This document shows, piece after piece, positions 9,326 to 19,131 of a DNA stretch of 64,000 bases (the stretch's first letter is position 1; each line of letters begins with the position of its first letter). The notes beneath the pieces are model-generated. The model saw only the letters and a list, made by a program, of their open reading frames with translations, was not told the origin of the DNA and ran no database searches. Source of the DNA: a virus; IMG/VR virus record IMGVR_UViG_3300035670_000018, positions 32,001 through 96,000 of that record; one strand, written 5' to 3'. Made by a program: the position numbers and the translations under genes.

Positions 9326-10633
9326 ATGGCAATTAATTTTCCAAATACACCTATAGATCAAGAAACATACACAGAGAATGGAATAACATACATCTATTCT
9401 TCTGCTAAAGGTGTATGGAATATTGTTCAACAGACAGTAGCTATTGTATCTGCAAATACCCAAAACAATCAGATACTTTTCAAGAGTAACAGTGAAATAT
9501 CTGGTTCAAATGGTATGATTTATTTGCCAGAATCAAATACAGTATCTGTAAATAATGTTGATGTTACTTTAAACGTTACAGCACAATATTTTTATGGTAA
9601 TGGTGCTTTTCTCCAAGGTATTAGTGGTGATTTAGGTCCTGCTTTTGGTCAAGCAAACACCGCAAGAACACACGCTAATACCGCACATCTAACAGCTAAT
9701 GCTGCTTTTGATAAAGCAAACTCTGCACTACCAAATACATCTGGTATATCGTTTAATGGAAGTCTTAATTTTCCATCAGGCAATGTTAATATTGGTACTG
9801 ATTCTCCATTAACATTGTTTCAAGTTTCTACTGGTTATGATGCTGCTGCTGCTGGTAAATATCCATCTATTGTATCAAGAGGTGGATATGGCGGTGGTAT
9901 CGGTTTCTACGATTCTCCTGTAATGTCTGGTATCTATGCAAAAGATACAGGAAGTAAGCTTGTATTCTTCGTAGGACAAACAGCATCAGATAGTGCAACA
10001 TCTAAAGAAAAAATGTTTATTGATACCAACGGTAATGTTGTTATCGGTCGCACAGATTCTACAGTAGGTCAAGATGTTAAACTAGATGTTGCTGGTGCAA
10101 TCAACGCTTCTGCTGTATTAGTCAATGGCACGCCTCTTACATCTGGAACTGGTGGTGGTTCTCTCAATGTTGCAACTGATGTAGTCAATGCTACTCGTTA
10201 TTTGATGTTTGCTAACGGTGTCTCAGGTTCTGTTCCAACACTCAATGTAGCAACTGGTTTGACATTCAATCCATCTTCAAATACGCTAGACATTAATGGT
10301 CCAATCAACGCTATAACCAAGTCGTTCGTAATCAATCACCCAACCAAACCAGATATGAAGCTACGTTATGGTTCGTTGGAAGGTCCTGAGAATGGTGTGT
10401 ATGTGCGTGGTCGTTTGTATGGACAGAGCATCATTGAATTGCCTGAATACTGGTGGAATTTGATTGATGAAGAAACAATCACAGTCAATCTGACACCAAT
10501 AGGATATAGTCAAGACCTCTGGGTACAGTCAACGTCTTCTCATTTCATTCATCTCAATCAACCGGCAGAGTGCTTCTTCACAGTCTTTGCTGAACGTAAG
10601 GACGTTGATAAGTTAGTTGTGGAGTATTGGTGA
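9326..10633 (+). CDS. Tail fibre protein with C-terminal KSFVINHP...LRYGSLEGPE domain
   Basis: MAINFPNTP N-terminus; shares ANxA and GNVxIGR..DVKLDVAG modules with the first ORF; CATAAATA late promoter variant at 9297-9304. Confidence 0.7.
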   Translation: MAINFPNTPIDQETYTENGITYIYSSAKGVWNIVQQTVAIVSANTQNNQILFKSNSEISGSNGMIYLPESNTVSVNNVDVTLNVTAQYFYGNGAFLQGISGDLGPAFGQANTARTHANTAHLTANAAFDKANSALPNTSGISFNGSLNFPSGNVNIGTDSPLTLFQVSTGYDAAAAGKYPSIVSRGGYGGGIGFYDSPVMSGIYAKDTGSKLVFFVGQTASDSATSKEKMFIDTNGNVVIGRTDSTVGQDVKLDVAGAINASAVLVNGTPLTSGTGGGSLNVATDVVNATRYLMFANGVSGSVPTLNVATGLTFNPSSNTLDINGPINAITKSFVINHPTKPDMKLRYGSLEGPENGVYVRGRLYGQSIIELPEYWWNLIDEETITVNLTPIGYSQDLWVQSTSSHFIHLNQPAECFFTVFAERKDVDKLVVEYW

Positions 10634-11343
10634 TGGGTGTTAGATACAATACATATTTTGATATGACCGGTCTTGAGTTTTATTATGATGCAACTAATAC
10701 TAAATTGTATTCAGGATCTGGAACATCTCTAATTGATCTTGCAGGAAAGAACAACGGAACACTCGTCAATGCTCCTACATACACATCAGGTAATGGTGGA
10801 TATTTCACTTTTAATGGAACAAATCAAGAGATAACAACAACAACAAATTACACAGGAACAGGTATTAACAGTGGCCCACTAACTTATGTTTGTTGGTTTA
10901 GAACAAGCACATCATCTGGTAAGAAGATTATAGGATTTCAAAACACCCAAACAGGCACAAGTGGTACAAATTTTGATAAACATGTCTATGTGGGCACAAA
11001 TGGCCACTTATATCTTGGCATTTGGAATAGCGGCGGCGAAGCTATATCCTCAGGATTCAGCGTTGCAAATGGTATTTGGCGGTCTTTTGTTGCTGTTATC
11101 AATGATGGTGGAACAAGCAGTTTGTATGTTGATGGTATATTAAGAAATTCTTTTGCAAAAACTTCTGCTGATACTGAAGCATTCGTCCGTATATGTGGTT
11201 ATAGATTAGGAACAAATTGGACAAATGGAACAGATGGATACTATACAGGAGATATCGCAACAATTGGAATGTTTAGAAGAGCGTTCAAGCAAGTAGATGT
11301 TACAGCATTTCATGAAACATTTCGTGGAAGGTTTGGTATCTGA
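10627..11343 (+). CDS. LamG/concanavalin A-like lectin domain protein
   Basis: YYDATN..YSGSGT...NNGTLVN.PTY...F.FNGTN, LYVDG, ends RGRFGI. Confidence 0.8.
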   Translation: MVMGVRYNTYFDMTGLEFYYDATNTKLYSGSGTSLIDLAGKNNGTLVNAPTYTSGNGGYFTFNGTNQEITTTTNYTGTGINSGPLTYVCWFRTSTSSGKKIIGFQNTQTGTSGTNFDKHVYVGTNGHLYLGIWNSGGEAISSGFSVANGIWRSFVAVINDGGTSSLYVDGILRNSFAKTSADTEAFVRICGYRLGTNWTNGTDGYYTGDIATIGMFRRAFKQVDVTAFHETFRGRFGI

Positions 11344-12050
11344 TGGGTCTTGCTCATTCTCCTCGCATAGTTACTGATGGAATGGTATTGTGTCTAGATG
11401 CGGGCAATTCCAAGTCGTATCCTGGCAGCGGTACGACATGGACTGATTTGAGCGGAAATGGTAATAATGGCACATTGATAAGTGGTCCAACATTCAATAG
11501 CGATAATGGTGGTAGTATAGTTTTAGATGGATCAAATGATTATGTATCTCACACAACTTCGGATGGAGATTCACTTGATCTTACTACAGAAGGAACTTGG
11601 GGTTGCTGGTTCAATGGCACAAGTATTGCTGTAGGAAGTATATCATCAAGTGCTGATTATCTGATTTCAAAAAATACAAACGGCGGATCTTTAGATCAGC
11701 AATTTTCTATTGCTATATCAACTACAGAATTTGTAGTTGCATTTCACGAAACATTCAGTAATGATGGCAGATACAATTTTTCCAATGGTATTTGGTACAA
11801 CATGGTAGGAAGCTACGATAGTTCAACTATCAAAGCTTATGTAAATGGTGTTCAAGTTTTTGAACAATCAGCAGTTGGATTGAACGCTACACACAAAGCA
11901 AATTTTGCATTGGGTAGAAGAGCAGATGGTGGTTCAGGAACTTTTTATTTCAACGGTAAAATAGCACAAGCATCTGTGTATAATAGAGCATTGAGTGCAG
12001 CAGAAATCCAACAAAACTTCAATGCTCATAGAGGAAGATTTGGAATCTAA
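11343..12050 (+). CDS. LamG/concanavalin A-like lectin domain protein
   Basis: IVTDGMVLCLDAGNSKSYPGSGTTWTDLSGNGNNGTL...YNRALSAAEIQQNFNA.RGRFGI. Confidence 0.85.
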   Translation: MGLAHSPRIVTDGMVLCLDAGNSKSYPGSGTTWTDLSGNGNNGTLISGPTFNSDNGGSIVLDGSNDYVSHTTSDGDSLDLTTEGTWGCWFNGTSIAVGSISSSADYLISKNTNGGSLDQQFSIAISTTEFVVAFHETFSNDGRYNFSNGIWYNMVGSYDSSTIKAYVNGVQVFEQSAVGLNATHKANFALGRRADGGSGTFYFNGKIAQASVYNRALSAAEIQQNFNAHRGRFGI

Positions 12051-12058
12051 ATAGTACC

Positions 12059-12436
12059 ATGGCAAACACATATAAAAACATAGTTATTACACCTAATAGA
12101 GATACAGATGCGGCCGATGTTCCGTTCATTCGGTTCTCAGGTGGTGATGCTACAACAAACACAGATATCAACGTTAGAGTTTACACAACTCAGAGTGGAA
12201 CATTGTCTTTTGAAGGTTCTGCTGGTCAGTTGTTCTCTATCACAAACGATTTGACCAACTCTATATTCTCAGTCAATGACGTTTCAGGTATTCCATCTAT
12301 TGAAGTATTAGCAAACGGTGCGATTTATCTAGCGCCATATGGTGGCAATGTATATGTAAAAGGTGTTGAGATAGAATCTGGTTCATCAGGCATAACAACA
12401 GGTAAAGCCATCGCAATGGCAATCGTATTTGGATAA
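12059..12436 (+). CDS. Tail-associated protein
   Basis: LSFEGSAGQLFSITN..IFSVNDVSGIPSIEV module; ends GKAIAMAIVFG. Confidence 0.65.
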   Translation: MANTYKNIVITPNRDTDAADVPFIRFSGGDATTNTDINVRVYTTQSGTLSFEGSAGQLFSITNDLTNSIFSVNDVSGIPSIEVLANGAIYLAPYGGNVYVKGVEIESGSSGITTGKAIAMAIVFG

Positions 12437-12445
12437 GAGGAAAAT

Positions 12446-12805
12446 ATGGCACAACCAAACATAGTGAATGTAGGAACCATTCGTGGCAATACTGCGGTAC
12501 AGAATGTATCAACAGTTGCAACAGCAATCGTTACTAACAATGCTGCAAGTAATAAAGTATATAAAATTAATACATTATTGATTTCCAACATTGACGGTAC
12601 AAATCCCGCAGACATTACTGCCGAACTTGTAAGAGGTGGAGCACCATATGATCTTGCTGCCACAATTACTGTACCTGCTGATGCTTCTTTGGTCATAATA
12701 TCAAAAGATACATCAATATACCTTGAAGAAGGTGATAGTATCAGACTGCAAGCAAGTGCTAACGGAGATTTGCAAGCAATTTGCTCTTATGAAGAGATTA
12801 GTTGA
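12446..12805 (+). CDS. Conserved small virion protein
   Basis: PNIVNV..I.G.T...KINTLLISNIDG...IYLEEGDSI...SYEEIS pattern. Confidence 0.65.
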   Translation: MAQPNIVNVGTIRGNTAVQNVSTVATAIVTNNAASNKVYKINTLLISNIDGTNPADITAELVRGGAPYDLAATITVPADASLVIISKDTSIYLEEGDSIRLQASANGDLQAICSYEEIS

Positions 12806-13563
12806 TGAAAAACAGTTTGCGTATGAATGGCAGTTTTATTGGCAAAAACAGATTTTTTGCCAATAACTTTGTTGATTCCAATACTTCTTCGGGCATTTGG
12901 AATATAAATGCGATTTATGAAAATCCTTATGTTGAAACAATTATACCATTTTCTTTTAATAGTGAAACGCCAGCATTTGAAGTTAACACAAGAGATGTAT
13001 CATCAATTACAATTCCTGCTGGGGCTTCGGCAGGTCAACTAGCAATACTATTTTGTTCTATAGATGATCCTGCCTCAAGATCGCTGACTTCTAATTGGAA
13101 TGTTATAATCAATGATGTAAATACAACAGGTGTTAATAACTCCGATGTAACGGTGGCATGGAAAATTTTGACTGCATCCGATCCCGGATCATCATTGACA
13201 TGTTATGGTGCTACCAATTCAACATGGTATCTTGCTGTTTTTGATTCTAATTTGAGCAATGTTACCGTTGCTGGATTACAGCAACAGGTTACAACAGGAA
13301 CAGCATCAAATCAGACTATTGCTGCTTCAACAGGAAATGCACCTCTGCTTGTTGTTGCTTTTAAGGTCGCTTCGCAAGATACAGCAGCAACAATATCTGG
13401 AATGACTGGATATACTGCTTTGAGTGGATCACAATCTACGAGTGAACCGGCACAACGTGTTAGGTTTAAGTATTATGCGTCATCACCATCAAATGAAACT
13501 ATCACAACTGTAGATGATGGGTTTGGACAATTATTTGCTTCCTGGTATATGGAATTAAGTTGA
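12802..13563 (+). CDS. Hypothetical virion protein
   Basis: 253 aa, Ser/Thr-rich; N-terminal IGKN...SGIWNI motif shared with the next gene. Confidence 0.6.
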   Translation: MMKNSLRMNGSFIGKNRFFANNFVDSNTSSGIWNINAIYENPYVETIIPFSFNSETPAFEVNTRDVSSITIPAGASAGQLAILFCSIDDPASRSLTSNWNVIINDVNTTGVNNSDVTVAWKILTASDPGSSLTCYGATNSTWYLAVFDSNLSNVTVAGLQQQVTTGTASNQTIAASTGNAPLLVVAFKVASQDTAATISGMTGYTALSGSQSTSEPAQRVRFKYYASSPSNETITTVDDGFGQLFASWYMELS

Positions 13564-14495
13564 TGAGTAGAGGAAATTTAATAGGTAAAACAAATAGACC
13601 AAGTGCATTTACAGCCAATGGAGTATGGAATTTAATTGAGCAAAATAATGCAAGACTCATCAATTCATGGCCAACTGCCGATTTGTTATCTGGAGGAATT
13701 ATAACTGAAACTGGTGGTTATAGATATCACACTTTCAATTCTTCAGATACGTTAGTTGTAAATGTTGCTTCTGCAAACGTTGAATATCTCATTGTCGCAG
13801 GTGGAGGTGGAGGTGGTATAGCAACTTTTTCCACTTTAGATAGAGCAGGAGGTGGCGGCGGCGGTGGTGGATATAAAACAGGTTCCATAACATTAACAAA
13901 AAATACATACAGCATAATTGTTGGTAATGGTGGTTCTGGTGCACTTTTTACCACTGGTGACGGTAGTGATGACCCAGATGTGAGAAAGGGAAACAATTCT
14001 TCTGCTTTTGGTATAACTGCTACTGGAGGAGGTGGTGGCGGCGCAGGTGGTGGCGGCGCAGGTGGTTCCGGTGGTTCCGGTGGTGGTTCAGGAAGAAACA
14101 ATTCTACTGTAGCAAGTGGTATAAGTGGTGAGGGTAACAATGGTGGTGCTGGTGCAACCGGAGGAACAACAGGAATATACGGTGCTGGTGGTGGTGGTGG
14201 AGCCAATGCATCCGGTTCGGCAGGCACAACATCTGTTGGTGGCAATGGTGGAGCAGGTATAACAACATTCTTGACTACACACTCCGGCGGTGGCGGTGGA
14301 GCAAGACCTGATGGTTCACCAGGAACAGGTGGAACAGGAGGTGGTGGTAATGGAGCTTCTGGTACCAATGCAGGTGTTTCAGGCACACCAAATACCGGCG
14401 GTGGTGGCGGTGGTGGATCTCAGACACCTAGTACAGGTCCAAGAAATGGTGGTAATGGAGGCTCGGGAGTAGTGGTAGTAAGATATCCTATTTGA
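13560..14495 (+). CDS. Glycine-rich domain virion protein
   Basis: GGYRYHTFNSS...VEYLIVAGGGGG...GGSGVVVVRYP. Confidence 0.75.
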   Translation: MMSRGNLIGKTNRPSAFTANGVWNLIEQNNARLINSWPTADLLSGGIITETGGYRYHTFNSSDTLVVNVASANVEYLIVAGGGGGGIATFSTLDRAGGGGGGGGYKTGSITLTKNTYSIIVGNGGSGALFTTGDGSDDPDVRKGNNSSAFGITATGGGGGGAGGGGAGGSGGSGGGSGRNNSTVASGISGEGNNGGAGATGGTTGIYGAGGGGGANASGSAGTTSVGGNGGAGITTFLTTHSGGGGGARPDGSPGTGGTGGGGNGASGTNAGVSGTPNTGGGGGGGSQTPSTGPRNGGNGGSGVVVVRYPI

Positions 14496-14539
14496 TAGTA
14501 TATTTTAGAAAAGAAACAAAAATAAATTAGGAAAATGAA

Positions 14540-15154
14540 ATGACACTGTATTCATATCAGAGGCAATATCCAAAAGCAATACCATTCAGAATTAATCTTT
14601 CTGACGGTAGAACAAGAACCGATTCAAGCACATTTACAGCAGAAGAAATAGCTGATGCCGGATATACCGCCGTTGATGATATGCCCACTGTTTCACAGAA
14701 TCAGATTGTTGCTTGGGATTCAACAAATATAAATTGGATTGTTCGTGATAAAACACAAGAAGAACTTGATGAAGAACTCAAGTTAAAAAACAAACAATTG
14801 ATAGAAGAAATAACTGAATATAGGAATCATTTGATATCTGATGGTTTTGAATTCAATGGTGTTGTTTATGATAGCAGACCGGAAGATCAAAAGCGAATAT
14901 CAGGTGCTTCTCTTCTTGCTTTCATGGCAATATCGCAAGGAGCGCAAGCTGGTGATTATCTGTGGCATGGCGGAAACGATCCATTTGTTTGGATAGCACA
15001 AGACAATTCAGTAAATCCTATGGACGCTTTTACCGTTATTGAATTTGGCAAAGCAGCAGCATTTCATGAAAGTTCACACATCTTTGCCGCTAGACAACTG
15101 AAAGATATGAATCCTATACCTGATAACTATACAGACCCGATGTATTGGCCATGA
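14540..15154 (+). CDS. DUF4376-like tail fibre assembly protein
   Basis: GFEFNGVVYDS...W.AQDNS...MDA..VIEFG pattern at the end of the fibre cluster. Confidence 0.6.
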   Translation: MTLYSYQRQYPKAIPFRINLSDGRTRTDSSTFTAEEIADAGYTAVDDMPTVSQNQIVAWDSTNINWIVRDKTQEELDEELKLKNKQLIEEITEYRNHLISDGFEFNGVVYDSRPEDQKRISGASLLAFMAISQGAQAGDYLWHGGNDPFVWIAQDNSVNPMDAFTVIEFGKAAAFHESSHIFAARQLKDMNPIPDNYTDPMYWP

Positions 15155-15351
15155 AATATCTTTGGAACATACTTATATCTGTAGATCAGCTTGGTAATAC
15201 TCTTTTGGGTGGTGATCCAGATGAAACAATATCTTCCAGATGTGCTAAAATACTAAGCACATGTATTTTATGCAGATGGTTTTGTTGGATAGCTGACAAG
15301 ATAGATCCAAATCACTGTGAAAAATCTATTGAGCATGACGAAGGTACATAA
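15145..15351 (+). CDS. Small conserved phage protein
   Basis: DQLGNTLLGGDPDETISSR...DPNHC motif. Confidence 0.6.
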   Translation: MAMKYLWNILISVDQLGNTLLGGDPDETISSRCAKILSTCILCRWFCWIADKIDPNHCEKSIEHDEGT

Positions 15352-15373
15352 ATACTCTAAAAAGGGGTATTGA

Positions 15374-16114
15374 ATGTCAGTTCCAGCATCCAGAGAACAG
15401 CTAAAAGATTGGTGTTTGCGTCAGCTAGGCCATCCAGTTATTGAAATCAATGTTGATGATGATCAAGTTGAAGATCGCATTGACGAAGCATTTCAGTACA
15501 TTCAGCAATTTCACTTTGATGGTGTAGAACGCTGGTATCTCAAGCATCAGTTTACACAAGAAAACATTACTAATGGTTGGATTCCTATCACAGATAACAT
15601 CATAGGTGTTACTAGAATATTTCCTATCTCATCTTCAAACGCAACTATAAACATGTTTGACCTTCGTTATCAGTTGCGTCTTCATGAATTGTATGACTTT
15701 ACTTCAACGTCATATGTAAATTATGTTTTAACAATGCAGCACATTCGCACACTAGATTTGCTGTTTTCAGGTGAAACACCAGTTCGTTTCAATCGTCATA
15801 CAGACAGACTTTATATTGACATGAATTGGGGAATGATTAGTGCTGGTGAATGGGCAGTTATTGAAGGTTGGGTTATTATTGATCCAGACACATATCCTAA
15901 AATCTATAATGACCGTATGCTCAAAAAACTTTCTACAGCATACATTAAGCGTCAGTGGGGCAACAATCTCAAGAAATATCAGGGTATGCAATTGCCTGGT
16001 GGTATCATGATGAATGGTCAACAAATCTATGATGAAGCTGTGCAAGAAATAGCAGAACTAGAGCAGCTAATACGTGACACATTTGAAGAACCACCACAGT
16101 TTTGTTTAGGCTAA
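15374..16114 (+). CDS. gp13: Neck protein gp13
   Basis: LRQLGHPVIEINVDDDQVEDRIDEA...QWGNNLKKY.GMQLPGG; T4 synteny; CATAAATA at 15347-15354. Confidence 0.92.
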   Translation: MSVPASREQLKDWCLRQLGHPVIEINVDDDQVEDRIDEAFQYIQQFHFDGVERWYLKHQFTQENITNGWIPITDNIIGVTRIFPISSSNATINMFDLRYQLRLHELYDFTSTSYVNYVLTMQHIRTLDLLFSGETPVRFNRHTDRLYIDMNWGMISAGEWAVIEGWVIIDPDTYPKIYNDRMLKKLSTAYIKRQWGNNLKKYQGMQLPGGIMMNGQQIYDEAVQEIAELEQLIRDTFEEPPQFCLG

Positions 16115-16132
16115 GACACTCGGTTTACTATA

Positions 16133-16154
16133 TACTCTTGTAACAACAGGAGTA
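16133..16154 (+). promoter_or_regulatory. RBS-sequestering hairpin upstream of GIY-YIG gene
   Basis: TACTCTTGT-aaca-ACAGGAGTA, a 9-bp stem (one G-U pair) containing AGGAG; overlaps a late-promoter-like CTATATA. Confidence 0.65.
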
Positions 16155-16159
16155 ATAAT

Positions 16160-16834
16160 ATGGAAAAATACGGTTTTATATATCTTTGGTATGACAAGAA
16201 ACATAAAATGTACTATTTGGGCTGTCACTGGGGAACTGAAAATGATGGATATATCTGTTCTTCTAATAGAATGAGAGATGCTTATAGAAGAAGACCGCAA
16301 GACTTCAAAAGACGTATAATACAAAAAAATATTCTTAAGGAAAATCTACTTTCGATAGAGCATAAATGGTTATCTCTCATAGATGAAAGTGAGTTACAAA
16401 CAAAATACTATAATCGATATACAACAAATACTGCATTACGGTTGGCTTGGGCAGCTTCTAAAGGAAGAAAACAAACTCAAGAAGAAATATCCAAAAGAGT
16501 GACGTCTAATACAGGTAAAAAACGCACTGAAGAAACAAAACGCAAGATTTCTGAGAGTAATAAAGGCAAAGTTATGGGTCCTTTATCTGAAGAACACAAA
16601 CAAAAGTTGAGTGTATCTTTATCTGGCAAAAACAATCCGTTTTATGGAAAACAACACGATCCAGAAAAGAAAAAAGAAATGAGTGCTAAAGCAAGCGCAA
16701 CATTGAAAGGTAAGAAACCTAAAAATCTTGATATGTTTGTTGGCAGTTTTTGGTGGAACAACGGCATGATAAATAAAAGAAGCAAACTTTGTCCAGGAAA
16801 TAATTGGACAAAAGGTAAATTAAAGAAAGTTTAG
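16160..16834 (+). CDS. Free-standing GIY-YIG homing endonuclease (Seg-like, NUMOD3 repeats)
   Basis: GFIYLW...YYLGCH..YICSS; TGKKRTEETKRKISES and GKNNPFYGKQH NUMOD3-type motifs. Confidence 0.85.
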   Translation: MEKYGFIYLWYDKKHKMYYLGCHWGTENDGYICSSNRMRDAYRRRPQDFKRRIIQKNILKENLLSIEHKWLSLIDESELQTKYYNRYTTNTALRLAWAASKGRKQTQEEISKRVTSNTGKKRTEETKRKISESNKGKVMGPLSEEHKQKLSVSLSGKNNPFYGKQHDPEKKKEMSAKASATLKGKKPKNLDMFVGSFWWNNGMINKRSKLCPGNNWTKGKLKKV

Positions 16835-16836
16835 CC

Positions 16837-17709
16837 GTGGCAACGTCCGTATATCTAAACAACTACTCAGTTGGTGTAATCAACGAACAAAGACTTCTGG
16901 AAGATTTGATTACCGAATCAATTCATCTAATGGGGCATGACTGCTATTACATTCCAAGAGATTCCTACAATGGTGATGACGAGATATACGGTGAGACCAT
17001 AAACGCAAAGTTCTCTCGCGCATACACAATGGAAATGTACATTGCTAACGTTGAAGGTTACGAAGGCGATGGTGACTTCTTCTCTAAGTTTGGCCTAGAA
17101 ATTCGTGATACTTCAAATTTTGTTCTATCACGCAAGACATTCAATAAGTATATTCCAAGCAACATAGCTGCAAGACCTAGAGAAGGTGATCTGATATACG
17201 TTCCTGTTATGCGAAAGATTTTTGAAATCAAGTTTGTGGAAGAAGAATTGCTATTCTTCTCTATAGGTAAGCGTAATCCTTACATGTACGAATTGCGCTG
17301 TGAACTATTCCGCTTTTCTGATGAGAACTTTGACACAGGCGTTGAGGAAATTGATGATGTGGAATCAGAAAACTCATATACAATAGAACTGGCCCTTGGT
17401 ACAGGCACAGGTAACTATCAGTCTGGAGAACTTGTGTATCAGGGTGCTAACGTTGCATCATCTAACACAAAAGCATATGTTACAGATTACAATCCAACGA
17501 CAAAGAAGATTACGCTTCATAATATTGTTGGAACATTTGCAACAGCTACAAATCTACGTGGTGCTACATCTAATGCTGTATATGTTGTAACATCTACGGA
17601 CGTTCTAGGAGACTATGTATTCTATGATCAATCTGATAACAAGAATTTCCAGAATGAGGCAGCATTGTTTATAGACCTATCAGAAATCAATCCATTTGGA
17701 AATCCATAA
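16837..17709 (+). CDS. gp14: Neck protein gp14
   Basis: EQRLLEDLITESI..G.D.YYIPR, FSKFGLEIRD, RPREGDLIY, ends NPFG; GTG start. Confidence 0.9.
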   Translation: MATSVYLNNYSVGVINEQRLLEDLITESIHLMGHDCYYIPRDSYNGDDEIYGETINAKFSRAYTMEMYIANVEGYEGDGDFFSKFGLEIRDTSNFVLSRKTFNKYIPSNIAARPREGDLIYVPVMRKIFEIKFVEEELLFFSIGKRNPYMYELRCELFRFSDENFDTGVEEIDDVESENSYTIELALGTGTGNYQSGELVYQGANVASSNTKAYVTDYNPTTKKITLHNIVGTFATATNLRGATSNAVYVVTSTDVLGDYVFYDQSDNKNFQNEAALFIDLSEINPFGNP

Positions 17710-18716
17710 TGTTCGGAACACACTTCTATCATAAGCTAATGAGAAAATACGTTGTACTTTTTGGCACAATGTTCAATAACATCACTCTTGTTCGTACTAA
17801 TACAGATACAAACACTGAGATTGAACGAGTAAAAGTTCCTATTGTTTATGGTCCAAAAGAAAAGTATATCTCAAGACTTCGTTCTGATCCTGATTTACAG
17901 AAGCAAATTCAAGTAAGACTTCCACGCATGTCGTTTGAACTTTCCGGCATATCTTATGACGCATCAAGAAAGCAGAATTCTTTATTAAAAGTGGCTAAAA
18001 GTAGTTCTGGAACAGCAGCACAATCGTCTTACATGGCCGTGCCTTATGATCTAAATTTTGACTTGACAATGTATACTAGAAACATAGATGATGGCAATCA
18101 GATTATAGAACAGATATTGCCAATTTTCAATCCTGACTATACAGTTACCATAAATCCTATTTCATCTCTTGGTGTTCTAAAAGATGTTCCTATCATAATG
18201 AATTCTGTGTCAAATCAAGTTGAATATGAAGGAAACTTTGACAGCGTTAGATTTGTGTTCTGGACACTATCATTCACAATGAAAGCACATTTCTATGGGC
18301 CAGTTACAAATCCAAAGATTATTCGCAAGGTCATCGCAAACATATTCAACGATCCTACACTACAGGCTGGCTATGTTACAAGACTAAATCTTGTCAGTGG
18401 TAACAATGGTAAGTTTCTGCAAGATGACATTGCTTATCAGGGAGATAACTACAACTCTGCAAACGCATACGGCATTGTATTGAGTTGGTCAGCTAATACA
18501 GGAAAACTTGCATTGGGTGGTGTGCAAGGACAGTTCAAGTTAAATAATACCATCAGAGGACTATCATCTAATGCTGCATTTCAGTTGGACAGCTTTGATA
18601 TCGCACCTCTCAAACTTTCAAAGATTACTATTCAACCTGATCCTATCACTGCTGAACCTGGTGATGATTATGGCTATGATATTGACATTGAGGAATGGCC
18701 TGACATAAATGAGTAA
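17709..18716 (+). CDS. gp15: Tail sheath stabiliser/terminator gp15
   Basis: FYHKLMRKYVVLFGTMFNNI, KVPIVYGPKEK, LPRMSFE, QIIEQILP.F.P. Confidence 0.9.
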   Translation: MFGTHFYHKLMRKYVVLFGTMFNNITLVRTNTDTNTEIERVKVPIVYGPKEKYISRLRSDPDLQKQIQVRLPRMSFELSGISYDASRKQNSLLKVAKSSSGTAAQSSYMAVPYDLNFDLTMYTRNIDDGNQIIEQILPIFNPDYTVTINPISSLGVLKDVPIIMNSVSNQVEYEGNFDSVRFVFWTLSFTMKAHFYGPVTNPKIIRKVIANIFNDPTLQAGYVTRLNLVSGNNGKFLQDDIAYQGDNYNSANAYGIVLSWSANTGKLALGGVQGQFKLNNTIRGLSSNAAFQLDSFDIAPLKLSKITIQPDPITAEPGDDYGYDIDIEEWPDINE

Positions 18717-19131
18717 GACAGATAAAGCACTAAGCGAAGCACTTGGTATTGAAAACGCAATGGAAATCATACCACCAAAGCAAGTAGAAGTCATCAATAC
18801 TCCACATGAAGATGATGATATCAAAGCTGACTATAATCTGTCTCGCAGAACTTTTAGGTCGCTGATAGATAAAGGCAATGCTGCTATGGAAAATCTGACT
18901 GATCTGGCCAAAGAATCTGAAAGCCCACGCGCGTATGAAGTTCTAGCTACCATGATGAGAACCATAGCTGACACCACGAAAGACCTTTACGATTTACAAA
19001 AGAAAACAAAAGATTTGAAATGTGATGATAAAAAAGAACAACCAAATGTTACAGTGGAAAAAGCTGTGTTTGTCGGTTCACCTTCCGATTTGTTGAAAAA
19101 GATTAAGGAAGAGCAAAAGTCAAGTGAGTAA
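18709..19131 (+). CDS. gp16: Terminase small subunit gp16
   Basis: DY..SR, ESESPRAYEV, VFVGSPSDL. Confidence 0.9.
   Translation: MSKTDKALSEALGIENAMEIIPPKQVEVINTPHEDDDIKADYNLSRRTFRSLIDKGNAAMENLTDLAKESESPRAYEVLATMMRTIADTTKDLYDLQKKTKDLKCDDKKEQPNVTVEKAVFVGSPSDLLKKIKEEQKSSE

Noticed and set aside
7682-14386. Long Pro-rich minus-strand ORFs (also 3085..3483, 8515..8934)
   Set aside because: Antisense shadows of GGN-rich Gly codons in + strand genes; no RBS or promoter support.
16114-16837. Group I intron around the GIY-YIG genes (also 32041..32637)
   Set aside because: Flanking genes gp13, gp14, gp23 and gp3 look complete, and there is no non-coding space for an intron core, so the endonucleases are free-standing.
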